Assembly (NCBI RefSeq): GCF_046119375.1
Contig: NW_027362769.1
Span: 360,344,001-360,408,000 of the forward strand
Direction of reading: 5' to 3'
From: Phyllobates terribilis
Lineage: Eukaryota
Length of the DNA stretch: 64,000 nt
The notes under the pieces were generated by a model. That model was not told where the DNA came from and did no database searches. It worked only from the letters and a program-made list of their open reading frames with translations. Below, piece after piece: positions 24,951 through 38,254 of this stretch. A program made the translations under genes and the position numbers. The first letter of the stretch is position 1, and each line of letters opens with the position of its first letter.

Positions 24951-26439
24951 TAGATCGTCGGTAGGAGGTGGAAGTGACTGTGGGGATGTGGTGAGGATCT
25001 CTAGCTCCAGTGACTCCACATTCTCTAGGTTTCCCGGATTAGGGGAGCAGTATTCACTGATGGAAGACTCGGGGTTCAGCGACGCTCTGGTCACTGGTTG
25101 ATGCATATAGTGTAGTCGCTCTATCCAGATGCTGGGATGTGCCCTGTGTGATCTGGAGACTGGTATCCTTTTCGGCAGATTGCAGCACATTCAGTTTTGT
25201 GGACAAAGATCCTGACCAGGGAAGACTAACCTGCCTTTCCAATTGGATCCCTTTCTTGAATTACGCCCCCACCTCCAATGGGGAGTTCGTTTTTTTTCTC
25301 TGTATAAAAACCTAAGATTCTGCAGTTATTGGGCCCTGATTAGCACCAGGCTCAGTGTATATGCAGTGTACGAGATCCTTTGTGCGGCTGCCTGTAATAT
25401 TGGTAGCTGTTACGGCCTGGGACGTGTCTGTTATACACTCCTGACATGTGCTGGTGTGTCTGCTCCGCAGTCTTTCACTTCTGGAGCTGACACCGCTGAC
25501 TTTGGGTGATGTGATGTGTCTTCTTATGGATCTATAACAAATATTACACACATTGGATGCGGGGGAGTGGTGATACATATAGCTCTGTGCACACAGCTCA
25601 TACCCTGCTGTGATGCGATTATCACAGAACAGAAATCCAAGTCTTGCCATGAGATGAATGTGTTGATTCTGCTACATGATATTTTTTCAGATCAGTGTAG
25701 GATGCAGCGAATATTCACTGCATGAGGCAGCTGGATAGATGGCCGCCCTGTGTACCCGGTATGTAGACTCCAATGTGATGACCGCGGATCTGTTTAGCCA
25801 ATGAGTAGGAACCAGATATAAGGGTTTCCTCCTCCGTTTAACTCCTTAGTGGCCGTGTGTCTGCTGATCACACACATGCTTTACTCAAGCGACTCCTTCC
25901 CCCACTACAGACCCGCAGCGCTCACATCAGGCTCCTGGTAGAACATGAGAGACTTGTCTTAGTCTGTGGTGGGATCGGAACCGACACCACAGGGAATCCG
26001 CAAAGAATAATACGCGGGTGAGTGAGGAGCCTCCTGCACGTGTAGATGGAGCGGAGAAGCATCAGATCACTGCTGAATATACAGATAACGGCACTGATTG
26101 GAATTAACCCCCTCTCCCCCTACATGAGGATTGTGTGGAGCTCAGAAAACCCAGGCAAAATAATCGTCCAATTTATAGGTTTTATGGAATAAAAAACATA
26201 ATGACTGGACTCCATGCTTAATCTTCCCCTACGGAAATATTTACCAGTCATCCCTTGTACACTGCTGAATATACTAGATCACTGCACCATCACCACACCA
26301 GTAACAAGTAGCAGGATCGACCTGTGCATTTAATGCTTCTACTCTATAGTAAACAATGTATCGTGTAGTTCTATCTGACGCTGCAGGGGATGGTTCTCTT
26401 ATCCACCAGCGGTGCCGGCTCTGATGAGGAGGATGTGGT

Positions 26440-26455
26440 GGCTCTTAGAAGAGCC
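26440..26455 (-). terminator. Histone 3' stem-loop (H2A copy 2)
   Basis: Minus strand AAAGGCTCTTCTAAGAGCCACCAC, followed by ATCAGAGCC. Confidence 0.93.
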
Positions 26456-26489
26456 TTTGGTTGTTCGGACAGATGTGGAGGAGCGGCGC

Positions 26490-27577
<1,088 letters not shown>

Positions 27578-27611
27578 NNNNNTCCGTCTGCTGCTCCGTC
27601 ATCACCCCAAA

Positions 27612-27627
27612 GGCTCTTCTAAGAGCC
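27612..27627 (+). terminator. Histone 3' stem-loop (H2B copy 2)
   Basis: AAAGGCTCTTCTAAGAGCCACCAC. Confidence 0.95.
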
Positions 27628-27631
27628 ACCA

Positions 27632-28719
27632 CCCCGTCTACATCAGAGCTGTGGCTGCTCCTGTGTCCTCTCCCGTCTCCATCAGAGCTGTGGCTGCTCT
27701 TGTGTCCTCTCCCGTCTCCATCAGAGCTGTGGCTGCTCTTGTGTCCTCTCCCGTCTCCATCAGAGCTGTGGCTGCTCTTGTGTCCTCTCCCGTCTCCATC
27801 AGAGCTGTGGCTGCTCCTGTGTCCTCCCGTCTCCATCAGAGCTGTGGCTGCTCTTGTGTCCTCTCCCGTCTCCATCAGAGCTGTGGCTGCTCTTGTGTCC
27901 TCTCCCGTCTCCATCAGAGCTGTGGCTGCTCCTGTGTCCTCTCCCGTCTCCATCAGAGCTGTGGCTGCTCCTGTGTCCTCTCCCGTCTCCATCAGAGCTG
28001 TGGCTGCTCCTGTGTCCTCTCCCGTCTCCATCAGAGCTGTGGCTGCTCCTGTGTCCTCTCCCGTCTCCATCAGAGCTGTGGCTGCTCCTGTGTCCTCTCC
28101 CGTCTCCATCAGAGCTGTGGCTGCTCCTGTGTCCTCTCCCGTCTCCATCAGAGCTGTGGCTGCTCCTGTGTCCTCTCCCGTCTCCATCAGAGCGGTGGCT
28201 GCTCCTGTGTCCTCTCCCATCTACATCAGAGCGGTGGCTGCTCCTGTGTCCTCTCCCATCTACATCGGAGCTGTGGCTGCTCCTGTGTCCTCTCCCGTCT
28301 CCATCAGAGCTGTGGCTGCTCCTGTGTCCTCTCCCGTCTACATCAGGGCTGTGGCTGCTCCTGTGTCCTCTCCCGTCTCCATCAGAGCGGTGGCTGCTCC
28401 TGTGTCCTCTCCCATCTACATCAGAGCGGTGGCTGCTCCTGTGTCCTCTCCCATCTACATCGGAGCTGTGGCTGCTCCTGTGTCCTCTCCCGTCTCCATC
28501 AGAGCTGTGGCTGCTCCTGTGTCCTCTCCCGTCTACATCAGGGCTGTGGCTGCTCCTGTGTCCTCTCCCGTCTCCATCAGAGCTGTGGCTGCTCCTGTGT
28601 CCTCTCCCGTCTACATCAGAGCTGTGGCTGCTCCTGTGTCCTCTGCCGTCTACATCAGAGCTGTGGCTGCTCCTGTGTCCTCTCCCGTCTACATCGGAGC
28701 TGTGGCTGCTCCTGTGTTC
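27632..28719 (+). repeat. 39-bp minisatellite x28 built from the H2B HDE segment
   Basis: Unit CTGTGTCCTCTCCCGTCTCCATCAGAGCTGTGGCTGCTC; ATCAGAGC-type motif from 27642 to 28693. One unit has a 2-bp deletion. A 5-unit (195-bp) block is duplicated at 28186 and 28381. Confidence 0.96.
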
Positions 28720-29040
28720 TGTCTATTCACAGGGTAAATGGCAGGGGGCGCTAGTAGAGCTGATTAACCCTTTCTAGACTGATAGTGAAACCTATGAATG
28801 AGTCCTTCACAGCTCTGATCCTTTCAGTAATCTTATGAGCGAGTTGTCCTGTGTTCAGTGGCTTTTTACTCTACCCCTTGCTCCTCAGATCTGATATTCC
28901 GGGGTCTCCTCCATCCGGTATAACATGATTCGTTTAGTTCATGTTTCTCCGAATAACATGAGACATTTGTGTAGATTTTATCTATAATTCCGGACACTTC
29001 TTTTCACAGCGCAAGAAATTACATCATTACATTTAGAAGT

Positions 29041-29170
29041 TGTGGAAACTACAATGAGCGGGAAATTCATAATCCGCAGAGGAAGAGGAGGAGCTAATGT
29101 TACCAATGGGTGAATTCCCGCTCAGTGCTTGATGGATTTTCTGTTCCTTGTCTTCATATAACACGTGGTC
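29041..29170 (+). promoter_or_regulatory. Third copy of the E2F-like/CCAAT/E-box module
   Basis: GGAAACTACAATGAGCGGGAAATTCA...GCAGAGGAAGAGGAGGAGCTAATG...CCAAT...TTCCCGCTCAG...CACGTG. Confidence 0.5.
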
Positions 29171-29551
29171 CTATGTCGGGCCGATATCGGGAACACCTGC
29201 ATGTGTGCAGCGATTATTCCTCGTTTACATCATACAGGAGTCTGTAGAGTTTCGGGATTAGGGCAGCAGATCTTTCTCTTCAGTACATTGCATCACAATC
29301 ACTATTGTGGAGGACTATATACTGATCGGGGATTTATCCTACAAGAGACATTTCTAGAAAGATCAATTCTACTTTCCCATGCAGATCTCATTATGTCTCC
29401 CCGATCATCTCCTCAGCAGTTTTCCAGTAATCCATTTACAGATCAATTCTACAGCTAAAGGCAGGAGGTTTGTGACAGGACACGTACGATTGTGGATTGC
29501 AGATTGCTGAGAGTTCATTGCTCAAAACATTACACTCTGCTGTCAGGAGCC

Positions 29552-29623
29552 TATAGGTCAGGCATGCAGTATAGGTCAGGCATGCAGTATAGGTCAGGCA
29601 TGCAGTATAGGTCAGGCATGCAG
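29552..29623. repeat. 18-bp tandem repeat x4
   Basis: TATAGGTCAGGCATGCAG x4. Confidence 0.92.
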
Positions 29624-30014
29624 TTAGATCCTCAGTCATCACATCCTCCTCAGGAGATTCTTTCCTGCTCAGGTACTGATCGCTCTTCAGCTCTTTCTCT
29701 TGTCCTCTCCCTCTTTATCCACTGACACTGAACTTGGGCCCCGTCTCCTCCCAACAGAGAGAAGCTCCGCATTCCAGTTGTGCTTCCCTGCCGGATACTG
29801 TCTGTCGTACAGAAAGCGGATTGTACGATGTGGAGACGATCTGGAGCTGCTGAGACCCCAGAAGGGTAACACAGGCGATGGCCTCCGCTGACTGCCACCT
29901 CCCTGACCTGTAATATAAGTACACCCCACTATTGTGCAAAAGGTGAACTACTGAGAGAAGACACAAAATGAAGCGTCTACACATAGAGCACAGCTGTATA
30001 TAGTGCACAGACTG

Positions 30015-30017
<3 letters not shown>

Positions 30018-30052
<35 letters not shown>

Positions 30053-30195
30053 CAATGTGTATAGTATATAGAGCAGCCTGTACAGTATATAGAGCTGCCT
30101 GTACAGTATATAGAGCTGTGTGTACAGTATATAGAGCTGCCTGTACAGTATATAGAGCTGCCTGTACAGTATATAGAGCAGTGTGTACAGTATAT
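30018..30195. repeat. (TA)16 microsatellite followed by about 7 units of the 21-bp satellite (detached left end of the large array)
   Basis: TA run at 30018-30049, then CAGTATATAGAGC(A/T)G(CC/TG)TGTA units to 30195. Confidence 0.92.
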
Positions 30196-30378
30196 TACTA
30201 ATTTAAACCCAACTAACCTCCCAAACCCCCCAAATCACCCAATCCAACCCCTGATGACTATTGAAGTCACACAACCTATAGCCACTCCCACCACTTTAAA
30301 TAATAGATTTGACATTCTAGAAACTATTAATGAATCTCCATTCAACGAGGAAGACCAACCAGACATGGCCTCCAATAA

Positions 30379-32393
30379 CACCCCCAAGAGACAAAGTCGC
30401 GATAGTAACCCCAGACACCCACAAGTACGCAAGAAAACCAGCTCCTCAAATTTTTTTCAGAAGGCACAAAAAACAAACGTAAGAGGGGAGGTAGAGGAGG
30501 GCAACTCTCCAAAAAGAAAAAGGCAGATACAGAAGAGATAAACCAAAAAGCCGACACTATCTTCAATCTCAGTAAACATACCCTAAAACCAAACGAAATC
30601 AACCTCCTAACTAAAGGTCTTAAATATGCCCCCTCCACAGGATTCAATAAATTTCAAGCTTTCATTGGAGTCAAACAGTTTATGCGAAAACTAGCACTCA
30701 AAAAATACTACCTGAAACATCAGGACCGTGGGCACATAAATGAACCTAGAAACTCACTCACTTTGAAATATGCCCACACCAACTTAAAAACCAAATCCAA
30801 ATTCCATCCATTAAACGAATACTCATCTGCACTCGAAAGTTTTCAAAACAATGTCATCTCAGATATCCGTAAATTAAGCCACAAAAAATGTAACAAATTC
30901 CAATACAACCTTAACGCCTCTGAGAGGAAAGCAATATATATCTTACAGAAAAATCAGAACATAATTATCCGTACAGCTGATAAAGGAGGTGGTATAGTTA
31001 TACTAGATCTAGAACAATATCAATCAGAAACAAACAGACTACTAAGTGACACAAGAACATACAATACTATGAGGGAGGACCCCACAGATATGTACCTAAA
31101 AGAACTAAAAACACTAACTACCAAAGGACTAGATAAAGGCTTCCTTACGAAACAGGAGTTTGAATACATCACTATCTCCCACCCACGTCTTGCAACATTT
31201 TATTATCTACCAAAAATACATAAGTCACTCTCCCATCCTCCAGGCAGACCTATCATCTCAGGTATCCAAAGCCTAACATCAAATCTATCCAGATTTGTGG
31301 ATAAACACTTACAAGACCTAGTACCCCTTTTGCCGACATATTTAAAAGACAGTCAACATGTACTTCAGCTTTTACAAAAAATCAAATGGCATGACAATTT
31401 CATCCTAGGCACCCTGGACATCTCGTCCTTATACACCGTGATTCAGCATAATGCGGGCTGCGACGCAGCCACACATTTTCTTTTGAAACAAAACAAACTA
31501 CCTAAAGAACAAATAATGTTCATGAAGGAATGTATGAAGTTCATACTGACACATAATTATTTTAAACACGATAAACTTTTCTACACACAACAATGGGGCA
31601 CAGCAATGGGTACTAGATTTGCCCCAAGCTATGCCAATCTATACGTTGGCAAATGGGAGAAGTTAGCTATCCACCCAGGCGGAACACTCAGACCTAACTT
31701 GGTATTTTGGCATAGATTTATTGACGACGTACTTTTTATCTGGTCTGGTGACCAAGAATCCCTAGACTCCTTTATCAGGGAGATCAATATCAATAACTTT
31801 TTCTTGGAATTTACCTCCAACATAAGCCAAAAACAGGTAAACTTCTTAGATCTCAACATATATATCCAAGATCAAAAAATCCATACAAAAACATATATGA
31901 AGCCAACGGACTCAAATAGCTTCATCTCTCTGGACAGCTGTCACCTCCCCAGCTGGCTGTTAAACATCCCACGCAGTCAATACTTGAGATTATATAGAAA
32001 TTGCTCCAACACTGGGGACTTCAACGAAGAAGCCATACAATTAACAAATAAATTTTTAGAAAAAGGTTACAATCCACAATTTTTACAAAAAGTGAAAAAT
32101 CAGATTCAAACTATACCCAGAGATAACCTCCTCAAGAACAGCACCACAAAAATTAATGCCACTGACCCTACAACACAACCAGATATCCCTATCATAACTC
32201 AATACAACTCCAATACATATTTATTAAGAAAAATAATTTCAAAACACTGGCATATCCTTCACGATGACAAAACAATAGGCGACCTTATTCCACCAAAACC
32301 AAGATTCATCTATAGGAAAGCAAAAAACCTAGGGAACCTCATCGCACCAACAGTTCGCAATCCTCAAATCATTAATCAACCCACACTCATTAA
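30379..32393 (+). pseudogene. Penelope-like element RT ORF, 5' part (stop-free up to the insertion)
   Basis: Frame is open from 30379. Contains IFNLS...LLTKGLKYAP, IRTADKGGGIVILD, FYYLPKIHK...PPGRPIISG, LDISSLYT, GTAMGTRFAPSYANL, RFIDD, VNFLDL. The track's C-terminal 88 aa are read-through into the inserted element. Confidence 0.92.
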
Positions 32394-33871
32394 CCCCTTA
32401 ATAACATCTGACGTACTAATACGCGTCTGTGCCCTGGGACTTAAGAGCCAGACCCGTATTAGTACGTCATCGCGATCGCGCGCGCACACAGGCTGTGCGG
32501 GCGCGATCGCCGCCGGGTGTCAGCTGATTGTCACAGCTGACACCCGGTACTATGTGCAGGGAGCGGTCCTGCACCGCTCCCAGCACATTAACCCCCGCGA
32601 TGCTGCGATCGAAGTCGATCGAAGTCGATCTCGGCATTGCGGGGGCAAGGGGAGGTGATTGGCGATACTCACCTCCTCTTCCGGCTTCCAGCGCAGTCTG
32701 CAAAGGCTTCCCGGGTGTTGCCATGACGACCCGATGTCGTCATGACAACATCCGGGTCACCAGAGAGCAGGAAGATTGCTTGGACATGCGCAGTGCATCT
32801 CCAAGCAATCTTCACACTGTGCATTTCTGACAGCCTTCATGGCATAGGAATGGTGCTCCATTCCTGTGCCATGCAGGCGATCAAAAAAAAAAAAGTGAAA
32901 GTCTCAGAGTGGGACAAAGTAATAAAGTGTATAAACTGTGTAAAAGTGGAAAAAAAAAAATGTGCAAAAATATTATAAAAAAATAAAAAAAATAATACAC
33001 CAAAAATAAAAATATAATGTACCCATCAATAAATATTATTATAAAAATTATTATTATAAAAAAAAACCAATAAAAGTACACATATTTGGTATCGCCGCGT
33101 CCGGAAAAACCTGACCTATAAAACTGTCCCACTAGTTAACCCCTTCAGTGAACACGGTAAAAAAAAAAAAAAAACGAAGCAAAAAACAATGCTTTATCAC
33201 CATACCGCCAAACAAAAAGTGGAATAACACGCGATCAAAAAGACGCATATAAATAAAAATGAAACCGCTGAAAACGTCATTTCGTCCCGCAAAAAACAAG
33301 CCTCCATACAGCTCCATCAGCCGAAAAATAAAAAAGTTATAGCTCTCAGAATAAAGCGATACTAAAAAATATTTTTTTCTATAAAATAGCTTTTATTGTG
33401 TATAAGCGCCAAAACATAGAAAAATGATACAAATGTGGTACCGCTGTAAACGTACTGACCCGAAGAATAAATCTACCTCATCAATTTTACCACACGCGGA
33501 ACAGAATAAAAAAAAAAAAAAAAAAAACAATTCCTGAATTGTTGGTTTTTGTTTATTCTGCCTCCCAAAAATCGGAATAGAAAGCGATCAAAAAATGTCA
33601 CGTGCCTGAAAATGGCACCAATAACAACGTCAAGTCATCCCGGAAAAAACGAGCCGTCACATGACTGTCTGCCAAAATCTGGAAAAATTATAGCTCTCAA
33701 AATATGGCGATGCAAAAACTAGATTTTACAAAAAATGCGTCTTTTAGTGTGTGACAGCTGTCAGTCATAAAAACCCCATATGATTCTGGCATTGCTGTAA
33801 TCACACCGACCCGAAGAATAAAGTCTTCTAATCACTTATACCGCACAAGGAACGGCGTCAAAAATAAACTC

Positions 33872-33990
33872 TTGGGTTAGGATTGGGCTAGGGTTAGGAC
33901 TGGGTTTGGGGCTAGGATTGTGCTGGGGCTAGGGTTGTGCTGGGGCTAGGGTTGTGCTGGGGCTAGGGTTGTGCTAGGGTTAGGGCTGGG
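33872..33990 (+). repeat. Degenerate telomere-like G-rich repeat (GGGTTA/GGGCTA)
   Basis: GGGTTAGG...GGGGCTAGGGTTGTGCT x3...TAGGGTTAGGG. Confidence 0.75.
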
Positions 33991-34038
33991 GTTGGTATTT
34001 TTTTCAAAAGTAAGAAAAAAAGATGACGATATGGCGAC

Positions 34039-34338
34039 TAGTGTTGAGAGCAAGTGCTCGCTACTTGAGTTTGCATCGGGGGCTCTGGTATGCATTGAGT
34101 ATCGTGGGTATTTGAGTGACATGCTCGAGTCTCTGCCCCATATGCTTCGCGGCCAAAAAACTTTACGGGGATTGCCTGCCATGCACGAGCGATCCCCGCA
34201 TGTTTTTTTTTGGGTGTCTAATAACCGTGAAACATGCGGAGTAGGGACTCGAGAATGTCACTCGAGCACACGCTGTACATGGTGCATACCTGAGTACCCA
34301 ATGCAAACTCAAGTAGCGAGCACTTGCGCTCAAGAATA
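34039..34338. mobile_element. 300-bp hAT-type MITE nested in the piggyBac-type element
   Basis: About 40-bp imperfect TIRs (TAGTGTTGAGAGCAAGTGCTCGCTACTTGAGTTTGCAT and the reverse complement). Flanking 8-mers ATGGCGAC / ATGACAAC (6/8 match, a decayed TSD). Confidence 0.78.
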
Positions 34339-34439
34339 ATGACAACTTATTCAATATGATGACCTAATGTAAACAAATTCTGTGCCGTACCTCTGGGTTC
34401 AAAATGTTCACTATACACCTTAATAAAATCGTTGAGGGG

Positions 34440-36765
34440 TATAGTTTCCAAAATGGGGACACTTGTGGGGGAGCTCCACTGTTTAGGCACATCACGGGCT
34501 CTCCAAACGCGACATGGTGTCCGCTAACAAATTGAATGGAAAATCGTCTCAAATTGTTAGCGGACGCCATGTTGCGTTTGGAGAGCCCCTGTGTGCCCAA
34601 ACATTGGAGCTCCCCCACAAGTGACCCCATTTTGGAAACTAGACGCCCTAAGGCACCTTTCTAGATGCATAGTGAGCACTTGGAATCCCCAGGTGCTTCA
34701 CAAATTGATTCGTAAAAATGAAAAAGTGAAAAAAAAAACACTTTTTCATTTTTATGAATCAATTTGTGAAGCACCTGGGGTTCCAAGTGCTCACTATGAA
34801 TCTAGATAGGTGCCTTGGGGGGTCTAGTTTCCAAAATGGGGTCACTTGTGGGGGAGCTCCAATGTTTGGGCACGCAGGGACTCTCTAAATGCAACATGGT
34901 ATCCGCTAACAAATTGAATGGAAAATCGGCTCAAATTGTTAGCGGACACCACATTGCGTTTGGAGAGCCCCTCTGTGCCCAAACTTTGGAGCTCCCCCAC
35001 AAGTGACCCCATTTTGGAAACTAGACCCCCCAAGGCACCTTTCTAGATGCATAGTGAGCACTTGGAACCCCCAGGTGCTTCACAAATTGATTCGTAATAA
35101 TGAAAAAGTGAAAAAAAAAACACTTTTTCATTTTTATGAATCAATTTGTGAAGCACCTGGGGTTCCAAGTGCTCACTATGAATCTAGATAGGTGCCTTGG
35201 GGGGTCTAGTTTCCAAAATGGGGTCACTTGTGGGGGAGCTCTAATGTTTGGGCACACAGGGACTCTCCAAATGCAACATGATATCCGCTAACAAATTGTC
35301 GGCTCAAATTGTTAGCGGATATCATGTTGCATTTGGAGAGTCCCTGTGTGCCCAAACATTGAAGCTCCCCCACAAGTGACCCCATTTTGGAAACTAGACC
35401 CTCCAAGGCACCTATCTAGATGCATAGTGAGCACTTGGAACCCCAGGTGCTTCACAAATTGATTCATAAAAATGAAAAAGTGTTTTTTTTTTCACTTTTT
35501 CATTATTACAAATCAATTTGTGAAGCACCTGGGGGTTCCAAGTGCTCACTATGCATCTAAAAAGGTGCCTTGGGGGGTCTAGTTTCCAAAATGGGGTCAC
35601 TTGTGGGGGAGCTCCGAAGTTTGGGCACAGAGGGGCTCTCCAAACGCAATGTGGTGTCCGCTAACAATTTGAGCCGATTTTCCATTCAATTTGTTAGCGG
35701 ATACCATGTTGCATTTAGAGAGTCCCTGTGTACCCAAACATTGGAGCTCACCCACAAGTGACCCCATTTTGGAAACTAGACCCCCCAAGGCACCTATCTA
35801 GATGCATAGTGAGCACTTGGAACCCCTAGGTGCTTCCCCAATTGATTCGTAAAAATGAAAAAGTGTTTTTTTTTTCACTTTTTCATTATTACGAATCAAT
35901 TTGTGAAGCACCTGGGGGTTCCAAGTGCTCACTATGCATATAGAAAGGTGCCTTAGGGGGTCTAGTTTCCAAAATGAGGTCAATTGTGGGGGAGCTCCAA
36001 AGTTTGGGCACAGAGGGGCTCTCCAAACGCAATGTGGTGTCCGCTAACAATTTGAGCCGATTTTCCATTCAATTTGTTAGCGGATACCATGTTGCATTTA
36101 GAGAGTCCCTGTGTGCCCAAACATTGGAGCTCCCCCATAAGTGACCCCATTTTGGAAATTAGACCCCCCAAGGCACCTATCTAGATGCATAGTGAGCAAT
36201 TGGAACCCCTAGGTGCTTCACAAATTGATTCGTAAAAATGAAAAAGTGTTTTTTTTTTCGCTTTTTCATTATTACGAATCAATTTGTGAAGCACCTGGGG
36301 GTTCCAAGTGCTCACTATGCATCTAGAAAGGTGCCTTGGGGGGTCTAGTTTCCAAAATGGGGTCACTTGTGGGGGAGCTCCAAAGTTTGGGCACAGAGGG
36401 GCTCTCCAAACGCAATGTGATGTCCGCTAACAATTTGAGCCGATTTTCCATTCAATTTGTTAGCGGATACCATGTTGCATTTAGAGAGTCCCTGTGTGCC
36501 CAAACATTGGAGCTCCCCCACAAGTGACCCCATTTTGGAAACTAGACCCCCCAAGGCACCTAACTAGATGCATAGTGAGCAGTTGGAACCCCCAGGTGCT
36601 TCACAAATTGATTCGTAACAATGAAAAAGTGTTTTTTTTTTCACTTTTTCATTTTTACAAATCAATTTGTGAAGCACCTGGGGGTTGCAACTGCTCACTA
36701 TGCATCTAGATAGGTGCCTTGGGGGGTCTAGTTTCCAAAATGGGGTCACTTGTGGGGGAGCTCCA
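34440..36765. repeat. About 382-bp tandem array of alternating hairpin modules with an internal orientation switch
   Basis: CTAGTTTCCAAAATGGGGTCACTTGTGGGGGAGCTC at about 34824, 35206, 35580, 35963, 36346 and 36727, with its reverse complement between each pair. Confidence 0.88.
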
Positions 36766-37642
36766 ATGTTTGGGCATACAGGGGCTCTCTAAACGCAACA
36801 TGGTGTCCGCTAATTATTCAAGCAAATTTTACAATCAAAAAGTCAAATGGCGCTCCTTCCCTTCCGAGCCCTACAGTGCGCCCAAACAGTGTTTTTTCCC
36901 CAAATATTGGGTATCTGCGTGCCCAGGGGAAATTGCACAACAAATATTGCGGACCATTTTTTCTTGTTACCCCTGTGAAAATTAAAAAAATTGGGTCTAA
37001 AGTAACATTTTTGTGAAAAAAGTTAAATGTTCATTTTTTTCTTCCACATTCAAAAAATTCCTATGAAGCACCTGAAGGGTTAATAAAGTTCTTGAATGTG
37101 GTTTTGAGCACCTTGAGGGGTGCAGTTTTTAGAATGGTGTCACTTTTGGGTATTTTCTGTCATAAAGACCTCTCAAAGTGACTTCAAATGTGATGTGGTC
37201 CCTAAAAAAATGGTTTTGTAAATTTTGTTGGAAAAATGAGAAATCGCTGGTCAACTTTTAACCCTTATAGCTCTCTAACAAAAAAAAATTTTGGTTCCAA
37301 AATTGTGCTGATGTAAAGTAGACATGTGGGAAATGTTATTTATTAACTCTTTTGTGTGACATATCGCTCTGATTTCAGGGCTTAAAAATTCAAATTTTGA
37401 AAATTGCAAAATTTTCAAAATTTTCGCCAAATTTCCATTTTTTTCACAAATAAACGCAAGTGATATCGAAGACATTTTTCCACAATCATGAAGTACAATA
37501 TGTCACGAAAAAACAATCTCAGAATCAGGGGGATCCGTTGAAGCGTTCCAGAGTAATTAACTCATAAAGTGACAGTGGTCAGAATTGTAAAAATTGGCCC
37601 GGTCATTAACGTGCAAACCACCCGCGGGGCTTAAGGGGTTAA

Positions 37643-38100
37643 AGAAACTGTTGGTTTTTATCCCTGTAATAAATGTGCAGCATGCAAGAAGCTGCACACT
37701 TAAAAACAAAAAATAATCACAAAAAAAAACCACCTACAAAATCTCAGACTTCATTACTTGCAACACCGAAGGCGTCATCTACAGCCTCCGATGTCCATGC
37801 AACAAACTTTATATAGGTAGAACCAAACGCCCCCTACAAGTGCTCATAAATGAACATCTGCGCAATATTTCCAAAAAATTTGACGGACACCCTCTATCTA
37901 TACATTACTCCGAAAAACATGGAGGTTCCATTAAGGGCACTACCATCACAGGCCTACAGAAGGTCCACAAACAATGGCGCAAAGGGGACTATCTAAAACA
38001 AATGTCCAGGGTTGAAAGCAAGTGGATATTCAACCTGGACACATTAAAACCAAAGGGACTCAATTCTGAGATTGAGTTATTTGCTTTCAATGATGACTAA
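37643..38100 (+). pseudogene. Penelope-like element C-terminus: Cys-rich linker plus GIY-YIG endonuclease
   Basis: Continues in frame across the excised TTAA: ETVGFYPCNKCAACK. After a frameshift/stop near 37701-37735 it reads FITCNTEGVIYSLRCPCNKLYIGRTKRPL...EH...ESKWIFNLDTLKPKGLN. Confidence 0.88.
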
Positions 38101-38196
38101 TGCATCCATCCAAACTAAAGCATATTACCAAGCAGACCCCGCCCCCACTAATTAATTATGCACAAGCGCGCATATATAAGTGACCTACTTACAGCA

Positions 38197-38254
38197 GTAG
38201 ACCATCCCTGAGGAAGAGAACCGTAGTTCTTGAAACGCGTTGGTCTTTTTGGTC
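38197..38254 (+). ncRNA. Minimal type I hammerhead ribozyme motif of the Penelope-like element
   Basis: CTGAGGA (38208-38214), stem II GAGAAC-CGTA-GTTCTT, GAAA (38232-38235), palindromic stem III AACGCGTT, then GG pairing with the CC before the core. The stem I extension is imperfect. Confidence 0.7.

Larger units (their letters stand above)
32394..37638. mobile_element. Non-autonomous piggyBac-type element (5.2 kb) with TTAA TSD
   Basis: TTAA at 32390-32393 and 37639-37642; termini CCCCTTAA...TTAAGGGG. Removing it restores the Penelope reading frame. No transposase ORF. Confidence 0.9.

Noticed and set aside
25798-25822. Orphan CCAAT plus GATATAAG resembling a histone promoter
   Set aside because: No histone-like ORF, stem-loop or recognisable RNA gene downstream; short motifs occur by chance.
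32394-32658. C-terminal 88 aa of the 658-aa RT ORF as a novel domain
   Set aside because: Read-through into the inserted TTAA element; the true continuation is at 37643.
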